Part shown: in pieces, positions 17,507 to 25,243 of the stretch
Numbering within the stretch: the stretch's first letter is position 1
How the letters are laid out: each line of letters starts with the position of its first letter
From: Candidatus Didemnitutus sp.
GTDB taxonomy: Bacteria > Verrucomicrobiota > Verrucomicrobiia > Opitutales > Opitutaceae
Direction: 5' to 3'
Assembly (NCBI GenBank): GCA_030682505.1
Contig: JAUXOH010000245.1
Coordinates: 1-43,919 of the forward strand
DNA length: 43,919 bases
Program-made: the position numbers and the translations under genes
The notes under the pieces: generated by a model
The model's database searches: none
What the model was told of the DNA's origin: nothing
The model's input: the letters and a program-made list of their open reading frames with translations, nothing else

Positions 17507-18312
17507 CGCCGGGTGTAGTCGGTCGGGGTCACCTTCATGCTCTCCTGCCAGGCGCCCACGACGCCCAAGGTCTGGCGCTCCTCCGCGAGCTGTTTCTCCA
17601 AATAATCCTGCCGCTCCTTGGCCGCCTGATTCTCGTTGAGGATCTGCTGGGCGCGGAGTTTCCCCTCCTCGTCGCGCCGTTGCGCATCCACCCGCGCGAG
17701 CTGGCCGTTCAGGGCGGCGAGTTTCCCGTTCAACTTGTCCACCTCGGCCTGCGTGCTGGCGGCGCGCAATTGTTCGAGCGTGGCGGCGATGTCCGCCTGC
17801 AGGCCGGCGGCGCGCTCGTCGGTCTGCGTTTGAACCGCGGCCAGGTTGTCGGCCTGCCGCTCCACGGCGGCGTATCTCTTATAGAGTGATTCCTGGCGGG
17901 TGAACTCCCGCCCCAGCGCGGTGCGGTCATCGAGTTTTTGGTAAATCCCCTCCGAAGTCCGCCGCAACGAATCGACCGCGTTGGCCAGACGGCGCGCAGC
18001 GGCCAGAGTCTCGCCATATTGCCGGGCGAGGTCGCCCGCACCTAGATCGCGCAGGGCAACGCCCGCACCGGCGGCACTCGGATCGCCGATGACATCGCGA
18101 ATCCGCTGCTGCACGGCGAGCTGCTCCTCCAACTGGCGCAACTGGCGGTTGAGCTGTTCCAACTGCTCCGCCCACCGGCGCATGGTTTCCAGGTGATTGG
18201 CGGCCTGGCCCGCCTGCACGGCGGAATTGACTGCGGTGTTGACGGGATCGTTGACGATCCATTGGGCGCACATAGGCGCGGCGAGCAGGAGAAATGACAG
18301 TAGGTATTTCAT
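17503..18312 (-). CDS. virB5: VirB5/TrbJ-like protein (269 aa)
   Basis: Signal peptide, then AQWIVNDPVN and a long Gln-rich coiled coil. Start reset to 18312. Confidence 0.75.
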   Translation of the reverse strand: MKYLLSFLLLAAPMCAQWIVNDPVNTAVNSAVQAGQAANHLETMRRWAEQLEQLNRQLRQLEEQLAVQQRIRDVIGDPSAAGAGVALRDLGAGDLARQYGETLAAARRLANAVDSLRRTSEGIYQKLDDRTALGREFTRQESLYKRYAAVERQADNLAAVQTQTDERAAGLQADIAATLEQLRAASTQAEVDKLNGKLAALNGQLARVDAQRRDEEGKLRAQQILNENQAAKERQDYLEKQLAEERQTLGVVGAWQESMKVTPTDYTRR

Positions 18313-18491
18313 GGCGTCTTGGGGTTGGGCACGGACGTCGTCCGCTGCTGGTTCTGGATGATCCAATACTGCTCCTTCACGGCCTGCCGGTAGCCGCGCT
18401 CGTAGGCCAGGGCCTCGGCATCCGGTTCGCGTCGTGGGGACGCGCAGCCGGTCAGGAGCAGTAGGCAGATGATGATGAGGCTAGCCCGCAT
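18309..18491 (-). CDS. Small lipoprotein, VirB7-like (60 aa)
   Basis: MRASLIIICLLLLTGC lipobox; overlaps both neighbours. Confidence 0.65.
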   Translation of the reverse strand: MRASLIIICLLLLTGCASPRREPDAEALAYERGYRQAVKEQYWIIQNQQRTTSVPNPKTP

Positions 18492-21390
18492 GGCGTTCCT
18501 CCTGGATGTGGCGGATGGTGCCGCACTGCGGCGGTTGCGCCGTAGGCGCGAAATAGCAGAGCGACGAATACCGGCCGTGGTCCGGCAACTGTTCGGGCAG
18601 CGGATACCGCTGGATGGCATCGAGAGCCGTCTCAGGCAGCGGCAGGTCCGCGGCCAGATCGGCGAGGTCCGCGCGGTCGGCCTGCCGCATGAAGAAGAAT
18701 TGCTTGGCGTTGCCGATGACCGCGGCGCGGATGCGAGAAGTCTTGAACCGCGAATACTGTTGGATGATCGAGGCGCACCAGCAGTTGTGCTTGCGAAGCT
18801 GCGCGTAGCCCTCGGCGACGATCTGCTCTCCGCCCGGCGTATCGAGGAACCGCGACAGCTCCTCAAACAGGATGCGTTTTCTTTTGGCGCGCGGCAGAGC
18901 CAAGATGTGCTGGCGGCCCAGCCCGCTGATGAGCAGTCCGATGGCGGCCTTGAGTTCGACCGCCTGCTCGGGGATGGAGCCGAGCTCGAAGTGCGCGATC
19001 CGACGGTTGAGCGAAATGTTCGTCACCCCGTCGAATAGGCGCCCATACTGACCTTCGACGCTCCACGCTCGGAGCAAGGTTGCCAGCCGGTCGATCTCGT
19101 CCTTGCCGTGTTCCGGGAACCGGCCGTAGGCGAGCAACTCGACCAGTGCACTGTGCGTCGGATAGTCTTCCGGCGCGTAGAAGGCGCACGCGGTATGCGC
19201 GACGAGTCGTTCGGTCTCCGGTGCTTGGGCGAAGCGGGTGATGCTCTCTTCGGACAATCCGGCGACAAAGTTCCGGGCCTCGTTGTCCTCGCGGGCCAGC
19301 CGGTCCCGCAGGTCGCAGTAGATGTCGAGCGGTGTGGCTCCCGCCGGGAGCTTCGCCCGCCATTGATGGGCGGCACAGGCCAGCCGCCGGACCTTTTCGG
19401 CTTCTTCCGGATTCTTCCGCGACCAGTCCACATAGCTGTCACGGTAGAGCTGGTGGAGGTATTGGGTGAGTTGGGCTTGCCGCAAGGCCAGTTGTTCGGC
19501 GTTTGCCGGTTGTCCCACCATGCGGGCGAGGAGTGCCACAGCCGTGGCCAGATGCAGTTGCGACAGCGGCAGCCGCTGGGTGTCGAGGTAGTTGAGCGTA
19601 AGCGCCGAGTCGGGATGAACGATGATCGGGGTTTCGCCCAAACTCTCGGTGAAGCGCTTGTAGGAAAAGCCTTCTTCGGCGATCAGCGTGTAGTCGAAAT
19701 CGCCCGCTGTCTGCCAAAGCAGATCCTCCACATACGCCGACTTGCCTGCTCCCGTGATTCCGAACAGCACCGCGTGCTGCGGCGAGCCGCCCGCCTGCGT
19801 CGAAACCCCGACGAGATTGCCATGGCTGCCGTCGTAGAGCGCCTCGGCCTCGGCCAGCGCCCCGGTAAACGTGGCGGAGAACGGCAGCATGTCCGCGAGA
19901 AAAGTATCCTCGGCGTAAAGCTCGCGGTGCCGATACGACGAATGCGTCCAACCCGGCCACGACGACCAAAAGAGTTTCTGCGCCGTCGTCGGCAGCGAAC
20001 ACTCGAGGTATTGGGCGCCATCCATGGCGTGGATCGCCGCCTGCACGGCCGCGAGCTTCTCGCGTAGCGCGTCTCTCGTCGGTGCCCACACGCGCACGAG
20101 GTAGGTGACATGGAACGGCCGGGCGAAGCCGCCTGAGAGCTGTTCGACTTTGCGCTCCTTCTTTCTCAGCGCCACGAGCAGGGAGGTGCGTGGCTTCTCG
20201 GCGTATTCTCCGCGCAGGCGCTCGGCGGCCCGCTCCTCGCGGCCGATCTCCGCCCGGGCGGCGGCGGGGGTCACATTGACCGTCAGGCAATAGTCCAGGA
20301 AGGGCAGGCCGGTCAGGTGGGTGACGATTCCGGGCCTCGTCCGCTGCGGCCAGCGGGACAGCGCCAGCACGGCATGATAGTGTCCGTCCAGATGGAACCC
20401 GCCGTCCTCTTGTCCGATGCCTTCGCTGTGCCAGCAGTTCTCCTGCAGGGTGAGGCTCGGGTCGAACGAGTCCGCCGCGGCTTCCTGCCCGCGCATCCCG
20501 AGGCTGGGATTGAGGAAGCGTCGCAGGATCGCGCAGTGCCCGGCCTCGTCCAGCGGAGTGATCGCGGTCTCCGCCCCGAACACGCTCCGCAACGTGGCGG
20601 CGAATTCCTCGAATTGGGCTGCCAGTTCGCCGAGCAACACCTCGTAGTGGCCTTCAAGGCCCCCGCGTGTCCGCAGGTTGCCGGCGTAGGCGGTGATTTC
20701 GATGGAGAAAAAGACGGTGAGTCGTTCCCGCCGCAACCGTCGGTCGGCCATGCGCTGCCAGTAGCGGGTGAACCGCTCATTGCGGACGCGCCGGATCTCC
20801 GAGTTGGACACCACCTGGGTGCGTTCATGGTAGCGGAGCAATTCGGCCTGATAGTCGGAGTCACAGGACCATTGAAACTGCACCCGCCGGCCAGGGCCGA
20901 CCAGGGCAAGCATAGCCCGCACTTGGTCTTGGAAGGCGTTCAGCCGGGCAATGCTCGCCCCGCGCAACTCGGGTGGCTCAAACCGGTAGCCCTTGACGAC
21001 GACTCCACCTTGTTCAGGCGCGCCGTAGAGGACGAAACCGTTGACGAATCTGCCTTCGGGCGGCCGGGCGTGGGTCTTCCCCAGGCAGGGGGCATCGGCA
21101 CCGGGGGACCCGTTTCCCCGGCCCATGACCATGTCCACCCGGTCCCGGTCGTAGCCCCGGGGTTTCCCATGCCTGAATCCCAATACCCATACGGAAACGA
21201 CACCCAAAGGCACTACTCCGAGCAGTCCGGCGGTGCCATAACCGATGCCAAGGAGCCCGAATCCGGCAAAAATCCCGATTGCGGACACCAAGCCGGCCGC
21301 GAGTGGCAGGTAGAGGTTGCCATCGAGCCCGAAAGCGCGTCCGACCGAGTCGTCGGCAGCATTGGTGTCGGTGAAGCGCAGTTCAGTCAT
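18481..21390 (-). CDS. virB4: VirB4 ATPase with an N-terminal VirB3-like two-TM domain (969 aa)
   Basis: Walker A LFGITGAGKS, Walker B region ILFEELSRFL, QLRKHNCWCASIIQQ; first ~100 aa contain two TM helices and GKPRGY. Start reset to 21390. Confidence 0.9.
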   Translation of the reverse strand: MTELRFTDTNAADDSVGRAFGLDGNLYLPLAAGLVSAIGIFAGFGLLGIGYGTAGLLGVVPLGVVSVWVLGFRHGKPRGYDRDRVDMVMGRGNGSPGADAPCLGKTHARPPEGRFVNGFVLYGAPEQGGVVVKGYRFEPPELRGASIARLNAFQDQVRAMLALVGPGRRVQFQWSCDSDYQAELLRYHERTQVVSNSEIRRVRNERFTRYWQRMADRRLRRERLTVFFSIEITAYAGNLRTRGGLEGHYEVLLGELAAQFEEFAATLRSVFGAETAITPLDEAGHCAILRRFLNPSLGMRGQEAAADSFDPSLTLQENCWHSEGIGQEDGGFHLDGHYHAVLALSRWPQRTRPGIVTHLTGLPFLDYCLTVNVTPAAARAEIGREERAAERLRGEYAEKPRTSLLVALRKKERKVEQLSGGFARPFHVTYLVRVWAPTRDALREKLAAVQAAIHAMDGAQYLECSLPTTAQKLFWSSWPGWTHSSYRHRELYAEDTFLADMLPFSATFTGALAEAEALYDGSHGNLVGVSTQAGGSPQHAVLFGITGAGKSAYVEDLLWQTAGDFDYTLIAEEGFSYKRFTESLGETPIIVHPDSALTLNYLDTQRLPLSQLHLATAVALLARMVGQPANAEQLALRQAQLTQYLHQLYRDSYVDWSRKNPEEAEKVRRLACAAHQWRAKLPAGATPLDIYCDLRDRLAREDNEARNFVAGLSEESITRFAQAPETERLVAHTACAFYAPEDYPTHSALVELLAYGRFPEHGKDEIDRLATLLRAWSVEGQYGRLFDGVTNISLNRRIAHFELGSIPEQAVELKAAIGLLISGLGRQHILALPRAKRKRILFEELSRFLDTPGGEQIVAEGYAQLRKHNCWCASIIQQYSRFKTSRIRAAVIGNAKQFFFMRQADRADLADLAADLPLPETALDAIQRYPLPEQLPDHGRYSSLCYFAPTAQPPQCGTIRHIQEERHAG

Positions 21391-21392
21391 GG

Positions 21393-21710
21393 CTAGAACC
21401 GAGGGGTCACGACTGCGTCCTGCATCCCGAAGATCGCAAAGAGGGCGCCCATGATTGCTGCTGCTGCGGCGATGATGATCCCGGCCAGAATCCCCCCTTT
21501 GCCTTCGGAATCCCCTTTGCTGATGGCGTTGGCCCCGCCCCAAATTTTGATGATACCCCAAAAAAAACCGATCATGAAGATCAGCACGAGGGCGCTGCCG
21601 AAGCCCTCCCGGAGCTGTTGGAGTTGGGCAATCGGTGGAACAAACGGCGTGCCTTTGGTCAGGAACGCGATCTTCGCGCGGGCGGGAGCAGTGAGAGAGA
21701 AAATCACCAT
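21393..21710 (-). CDS. VirB2/TrbC-like conjugative pilin
   Basis: 105 aa, leader followed by two hydrophobic helices, first gene of the virB run. Confidence 0.7.
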   Translation of the reverse strand: MVIFSLTAPARAKIAFLTKGTPFVPPIAQLQQLREGFGSALVLIFMIGFFWGIIKIWGGANAISKGDSEGKGGILAGIIIAAAAAIMGALFAIFGMQDAVVTPRF

Positions 21711-21712
21711 TT

Positions 21713-21769
21713 CTCTAAACCCATACGATAAATAATCTCCTTGTCAAAATTAATCGTATGGGAATAGAG
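21713..21769. promoter_or_regulatory. Divergent AT-rich promoter region bracketed by two oppositely oriented 15-bp boxes
   Basis: 21713-21727 (minus) CGTATGGGTTTAGAG and 21755-21769 (plus) CGTATGGGAATAGAG. Confidence 0.75.
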
Positions 21770-21776
21770 TTGTTCC

Positions 21777-22247
21777 GTGAACTCCGACACAAAACCGATC
21801 AAGGTAGGGTTCTCCTTTTACCCGGCAGACATGACCGCCCTGAAGGACCGCACCGCCGAACTAAAGAAGGCGGGGGTGAAGGTTCGCGCCGGCACTTTTC
21901 TGCGGGCGCTCATCTATCTGACCACCCCGGTCGAAATGCACGCGCACGCGCTGCTCCTCGCCTCCGCCTATGCAAAAAAGGACGGTCCCCGGGAAGCGGA
22001 CAACGTCACGGGGCATCCGACGGTCGATCTGCCGAAGGACCAGGTCAGGAAGCTGGACGATGTGGTGGACGGCCTCCACGACGCCGGCGTCACCGCAACC
22101 CGCGCTTTTGTCGTGCGGGCCGTCCTGCGGTCGCTCCGCGACGGTGGGTCGATTGCCCCCGACGTGCGGCAGTTTTTGGAAAATTTTCCGCCCAAGCCTC
22201 GCGGCTGGCAGGTCGCTGGGACTTGGAAGGCGAAGAAACATGGCTGA
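21777..22247 (+). CDS. Putative DNA-binding protein with two tandem RHH-like repeats
   Basis: Gapless internal repeat with an offset of 71 aa (residues ~10-46 vs ~81-117); divergent from the virB operon. Confidence 0.6.
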   Translation: MNSDTKPIKVGFSFYPADMTALKDRTAELKKAGVKVRAGTFLRALIYLTTPVEMHAHALLLASAYAKKDGPREADNVTGHPTVDLPKDQVRKLDDVVDGLHDAGVTATRAFVVRAVLRSLRDGGSIAPDVRQFLENFPPKPRGWQVAGTWKAKKHG

Positions 22248-23262
22248 CCCCGCCCGCATCGCCCATCTGCGCGGCCTCGAAGGGCACTTGCGTTCCCGTA
22301 TTATCGGCCAGGAGCATGTCCTGCCCCGCGTAGCGGCTGTCTTCGGCAGCGGCGAATGCGGCATAGCCGATCCCGCCCGGCCCAAGGGTTCCCTTCTCCT
22401 GGCCGGCCCGACCGGCTCCGGCAAATCGGAGACCTTCAAATGCGCCGTCGAATACTGCCTCGGCGCGGACCAGATCATCCCCTTCGACATGTCGGAGTAT
22501 CAGGACAAGTCGGCGGTGAACCGGCTGCTCGGCACCAGCAGGGATGGTCCTGGCCTCCTGGGCCTGGCGCTTCTTGCCCGTCCGTCCGGTGCCCTGTTTT
22601 TCGACGAGATGGACAAGGCCTATCCGGCTCTTCTGGATGTGTTCCTCCAGATCCTCTGGGACGGCCGGGTGACGGTGGCGACCGGCCAGACGTTCACCTT
22701 CGGCAATTATTACGTAGGCCTTGCCACGAACATCGGCGGCGCCGAGGCGATGCGGATGGAGCATTCCAGTGCCACGCGCGTCGAGCAGGCGGTCATCCGC
22801 CGCCTGCGGGAGAGCCTGCGACCGGAATTCTTCGGCCGCCTGGACGAAGTGCTGGTCTTCCGCAAGCTGACGCCCGACGGCCAGCGCCGGATCTGTGCGC
22901 TGGAAGTCGCCCGCGAGGCGAACCGGTTGAAACACCTCGGCTTCGACCTGGAGGTGTCCCGCGAGGCGCTGGAGTTTCTCGTGCGCGAGGGTTTCGATCC
23001 GCAGCTCGGCGCACGCCCGTTGCGCAAGACGGTCGAGCGCCAGCTTAAGGATGCGGTGAGGCGCGATCTGTTCGCGACCGGCCTCGGTCGCGGGCGGCTG
23101 ATCGTGGATTCTCCAGCTAGCCGACTACGACTCGTAGAGCACAGCACCCCAGCTAAAGCGACTGACTTGGAAGCAGTCCGATCCAAGGCTGCCTGCCCAG
23201 CGGGCCAGGTTCTGATGTCTGGACCACGCGAGGCGAGAAGCGCAAACAATGGAACAGCCTGA
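22240..23262 (+). CDS. Stand-alone ClpB/ClpA second-ring (AAA_2 plus ClpB_D2-small) ATPase
   Basis: RIIGQ, LAGPTGSGKSE, DMSEYQ, FFDEMDKA, LQILWDGRVT, LRPEFFGRLD, GARPLRK. Start reset to ATG 22240. Confidence 0.88.
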   Translation: MADPARIAHLRGLEGHLRSRIIGQEHVLPRVAAVFGSGECGIADPARPKGSLLLAGPTGSGKSETFKCAVEYCLGADQIIPFDMSEYQDKSAVNRLLGTSRDGPGLLGLALLARPSGALFFDEMDKAYPALLDVFLQILWDGRVTVATGQTFTFGNYYVGLATNIGGAEAMRMEHSSATRVEQAVIRRLRESLRPEFFGRLDEVLVFRKLTPDGQRRICALEVAREANRLKHLGFDLEVSREALEFLVREGFDPQLGARPLRKTVERQLKDAVRRDLFATGLGRGRLIVDSPASRLRLVEHSTPAKATDLEAVRSKAACPAGQVLMSGPREARSANNGTA

Positions 23263-23420
23263 TCGACGACGAGCGCCGGATTGCCCTCCTGCTGCTCCAT
23301 GGTCTCACGTTCAGCCAACTCGCGCCCGCGTTCCGCAAGGATGCCCGCGAAACCGAAAAGCTTTTCATCTCCTGTCTCGAAGAGCTAGGCGACATCACGT
23401 TCCAGCAGTTGTGCATGCTC
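23250..23420 (+). pseudogene. LuxR-type HTH-like remnant without a clear start codon, in frame with araC
   Basis: Manual translation gives WNSLIDDERRIALLLLHGLTFSQLAPAFRKDARETEKLFISCLEELG; the frame is open from 23166 but has no ATG/GTG/TTG before 23409. Confidence 0.35.
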
Positions 23421-23714
23421 CACGCGCATGCGGAATTTGGAGCCATCAAAGGCATTTGCCCGCGCCGCCGGACTCCGGGCAAGCCAAGGCACGCGGCGGG
23501 ACTCATCATCGCCGCATTTTGCCGACTGGTTGGACGAACGCGAAACCGCCTCATTCTTTCACTACTGATGAATGGGGAAATTTGCGGTTCCCGTGCGAGC
23601 CGCGCCACAGCGCATTTTGCCGAAACCAAAGCGCGTTCCGCCGATTCAAGCCGGATGTTTTTCGTTATGATCCATGCAATGCCTGCGTTGGGCCACGCGG
23701 GCATTTTCAAACCA

Positions 23715-24611
23715 ATGACCTACGATTCCCTCGAAGGGTGGTCAGTTCCACCCGTGCCCAACCCACCCCTCTTGCCTCCGGCAACCAATGGCTACCGCCG
23801 CAGTCTCTATCCGGGACGCGGCGTCAGCGTTTATTGCGACAGACATCCGCCCAACGAATGGCCCGAGCACTGGCATATCCAGGACCAGATATCGGGGTTG
23901 CTCGATGCCGTGGAGTGCTTCGTCCGGATCAAATGCCTTGATGGCAAATGGACCGATTTTCACGTGCAAGGGCCGGCGGTCTGGGTGATCCCCGGGGGCA
24001 CGCCCCACGCTCTCATCTACCCGAAGGAGGCGGACATGTTCACTCTCTATCCGGAGCAGGCCTTTGTCCGCGAAACGCTCGAAGGCCAACGGACGGAGTT
24101 TGAAATCGTGCCGCTATCCCTGCTCGCCAGTCGCGACGAAGTGATCGGGCAGTTATCCAAAGCCTTCAGCCGGCTATGCCGCGAGCTGGGAACGGCTAAT
24201 CCTCTCTATGTCGAGTCCATTGGCACAGTGCTGGCCACACACATCCTCCGCGCGATGTTCGCGCCTGCCCAGCGGGAGGATCTTGTCGGCGGACTGCCCG
24301 ATGGCGCCCTCCGCCGGGTTGTCCGCCACATAGACGAACAACTGGCCGACGAGCTCTGCCTAATTGTCCTCGCGAATACTGCTGGCTACCGGAGCACGAG
24401 CTATTTCGGAAAGCTCTTCAGAAGGAGCTTCGGTCTCACCCCGCACGACTACCTGATGCGACGGCGGGTCGCCCGCGCTGAGGAGCTGTTGGAATCGACC
24501 CAGCTCAAGGCCATCGAGATCGCGCATATGTGCGGCTTTTCGGACGATACCATGATGGCCCGGTGGTTCCGACGGGTAAGCGACCGTCTGCCGAGCGACA
24601 TCAGACCGTAG
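23715..24611 (+). CDS. AraC-family transcriptional regulator (~298 aa)
   Basis: Cupin-like N-domain (EHWH, IPGGTPH) and double HTH (YFGKLFRRSFGLTPHDYL...EIAHMCGFSD). Start 23715 chosen by typical length. Confidence 0.88.
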   Translation: MTYDSLEGWSVPPVPNPPLLPPATNGYRRSLYPGRGVSVYCDRHPPNEWPEHWHIQDQISGLLDAVECFVRIKCLDGKWTDFHVQGPAVWVIPGGTPHALIYPKEADMFTLYPEQAFVRETLEGQRTEFEIVPLSLLASRDEVIGQLSKAFSRLCRELGTANPLYVESIGTVLATHILRAMFAPAQREDLVGGLPDGALRRVVRHIDEQLADELCLIVLANTAGYRSTSYFGKLFRRSFGLTPHDYLMRRRVARAEELLESTQLKAIEIAHMCGFSDDTMMARWFRRVSDRLPSDIRP

Positions 24612-24801
24612 GATGCGGGAGCGCAAAATGCCGGACGAATGTGCGTTTCCCGCCGATACTTCCAGCTCCCGCCTGTGCTACGGTGTCGGCGTCAAAGCCA
24701 TCCCGTGGGTTCATCCATGCGCCCGCGTTTCAATCCCAACCCCCGCTTGGTGCACATCCGACCGCTGCCGACCAGGTGGTTTACCGTAGCCCTCATGATC
24801 C

Positions 24802-25137
24802 ATGCACACGTCCTCCCGCCTCGTAACGCTCAAGATTCCCCTCCCGCGTAGGGACCACCGCGTCTTTCTCGCGGCCCGTCGCATTCTCGTTCGCATCATG
24901 GGCGCCAAAGCCCCGGACGCGATTGGCCTCATCCAACAATACCTGCGCGGGCGCGATGCCCGGGGCCTCGCCGATGAATACCTCGATACAGTGGGTTGGC
25001 CGATGGCCGGCAGCCGCACGGTCTCGCTGCGCCGCCGGCGGAAAGTCCCAGCTGCGGTGCGGCCGGTGCGCAGCGCCGTCCCACCTCGCGTTGTTTTGCC
25101 GCGTCAGCGCGGTCTGATGGATCCGACGCGGAACTGA
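24802..25137 (+). CDS. Small basic hypothetical protein, RHH-like, paralogous to 3458-3751
   Basis: VTLKIPLP...FLAA...AP.DA..LI...L aligns by eye with ITLTLQLP...FYAA...SP..EA..LM...L. Confidence 0.6.
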   Translation: MHTSSRLVTLKIPLPRRDHRVFLAARRILVRIMGAKAPDAIGLIQQYLRGRDARGLADEYLDTVGWPMAGSRTVSLRRRRKVPAAVRPVRSAVPPRVVLPRQRGLMDPTRN

Positions 25138-25201
25138 CGACTTATGGATTTCACGCGGTGTGTTGTGTCGCTGTGTGAATGACAAATCCGGGGGCCACCG
25201 G

Positions 25202-25243
25202 CCCGGGCCGGAGTAGCTTGTAGTTCGGCTGCTTCGGCCCGGG
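25202..25243. terminator. Hairpin between convergent genes (probable terminator)
   Basis: 16-bp stem CCCGGGCCGGAGTAGC / GCTGCTTCGGCCCGGG (two G-U pairs) abutting the virD4 stop; no long U tract. Confidence 0.5.

Noticed and set aside
21186-21193. Extra CCCATACG core of the 15-bp box
   Set aside because: Inside the virB3-virB4 coding region and lacks the TAGAG half; probably chance.
1390-21561. Long N-terminal extensions in the ORF track (1390..2643, 3756..4829, 6447..8327, 7646..9676, 9046..11196, 14728..15873, 16173..17456, 18309..18866, 18481..21561)
   Set aside because: The extensions are Arg/Gly/Pro-rich off-frame readings of the upstream gene. Internal starts that overlap or abut the upstream stop give proper signal peptides or domain starts.
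22240-23262. ClpV of a type VI secretion system, or housekeeping clpB
   Set aside because: No N-domain, first AAA ring or middle domain, and no T6SS genes in the window.
23249-23941. 230-aa plus-strand ORF overlapping araC
   Set aside because: Arg/Pro-rich with no motifs, and it overlaps the better-supported AraC frame.
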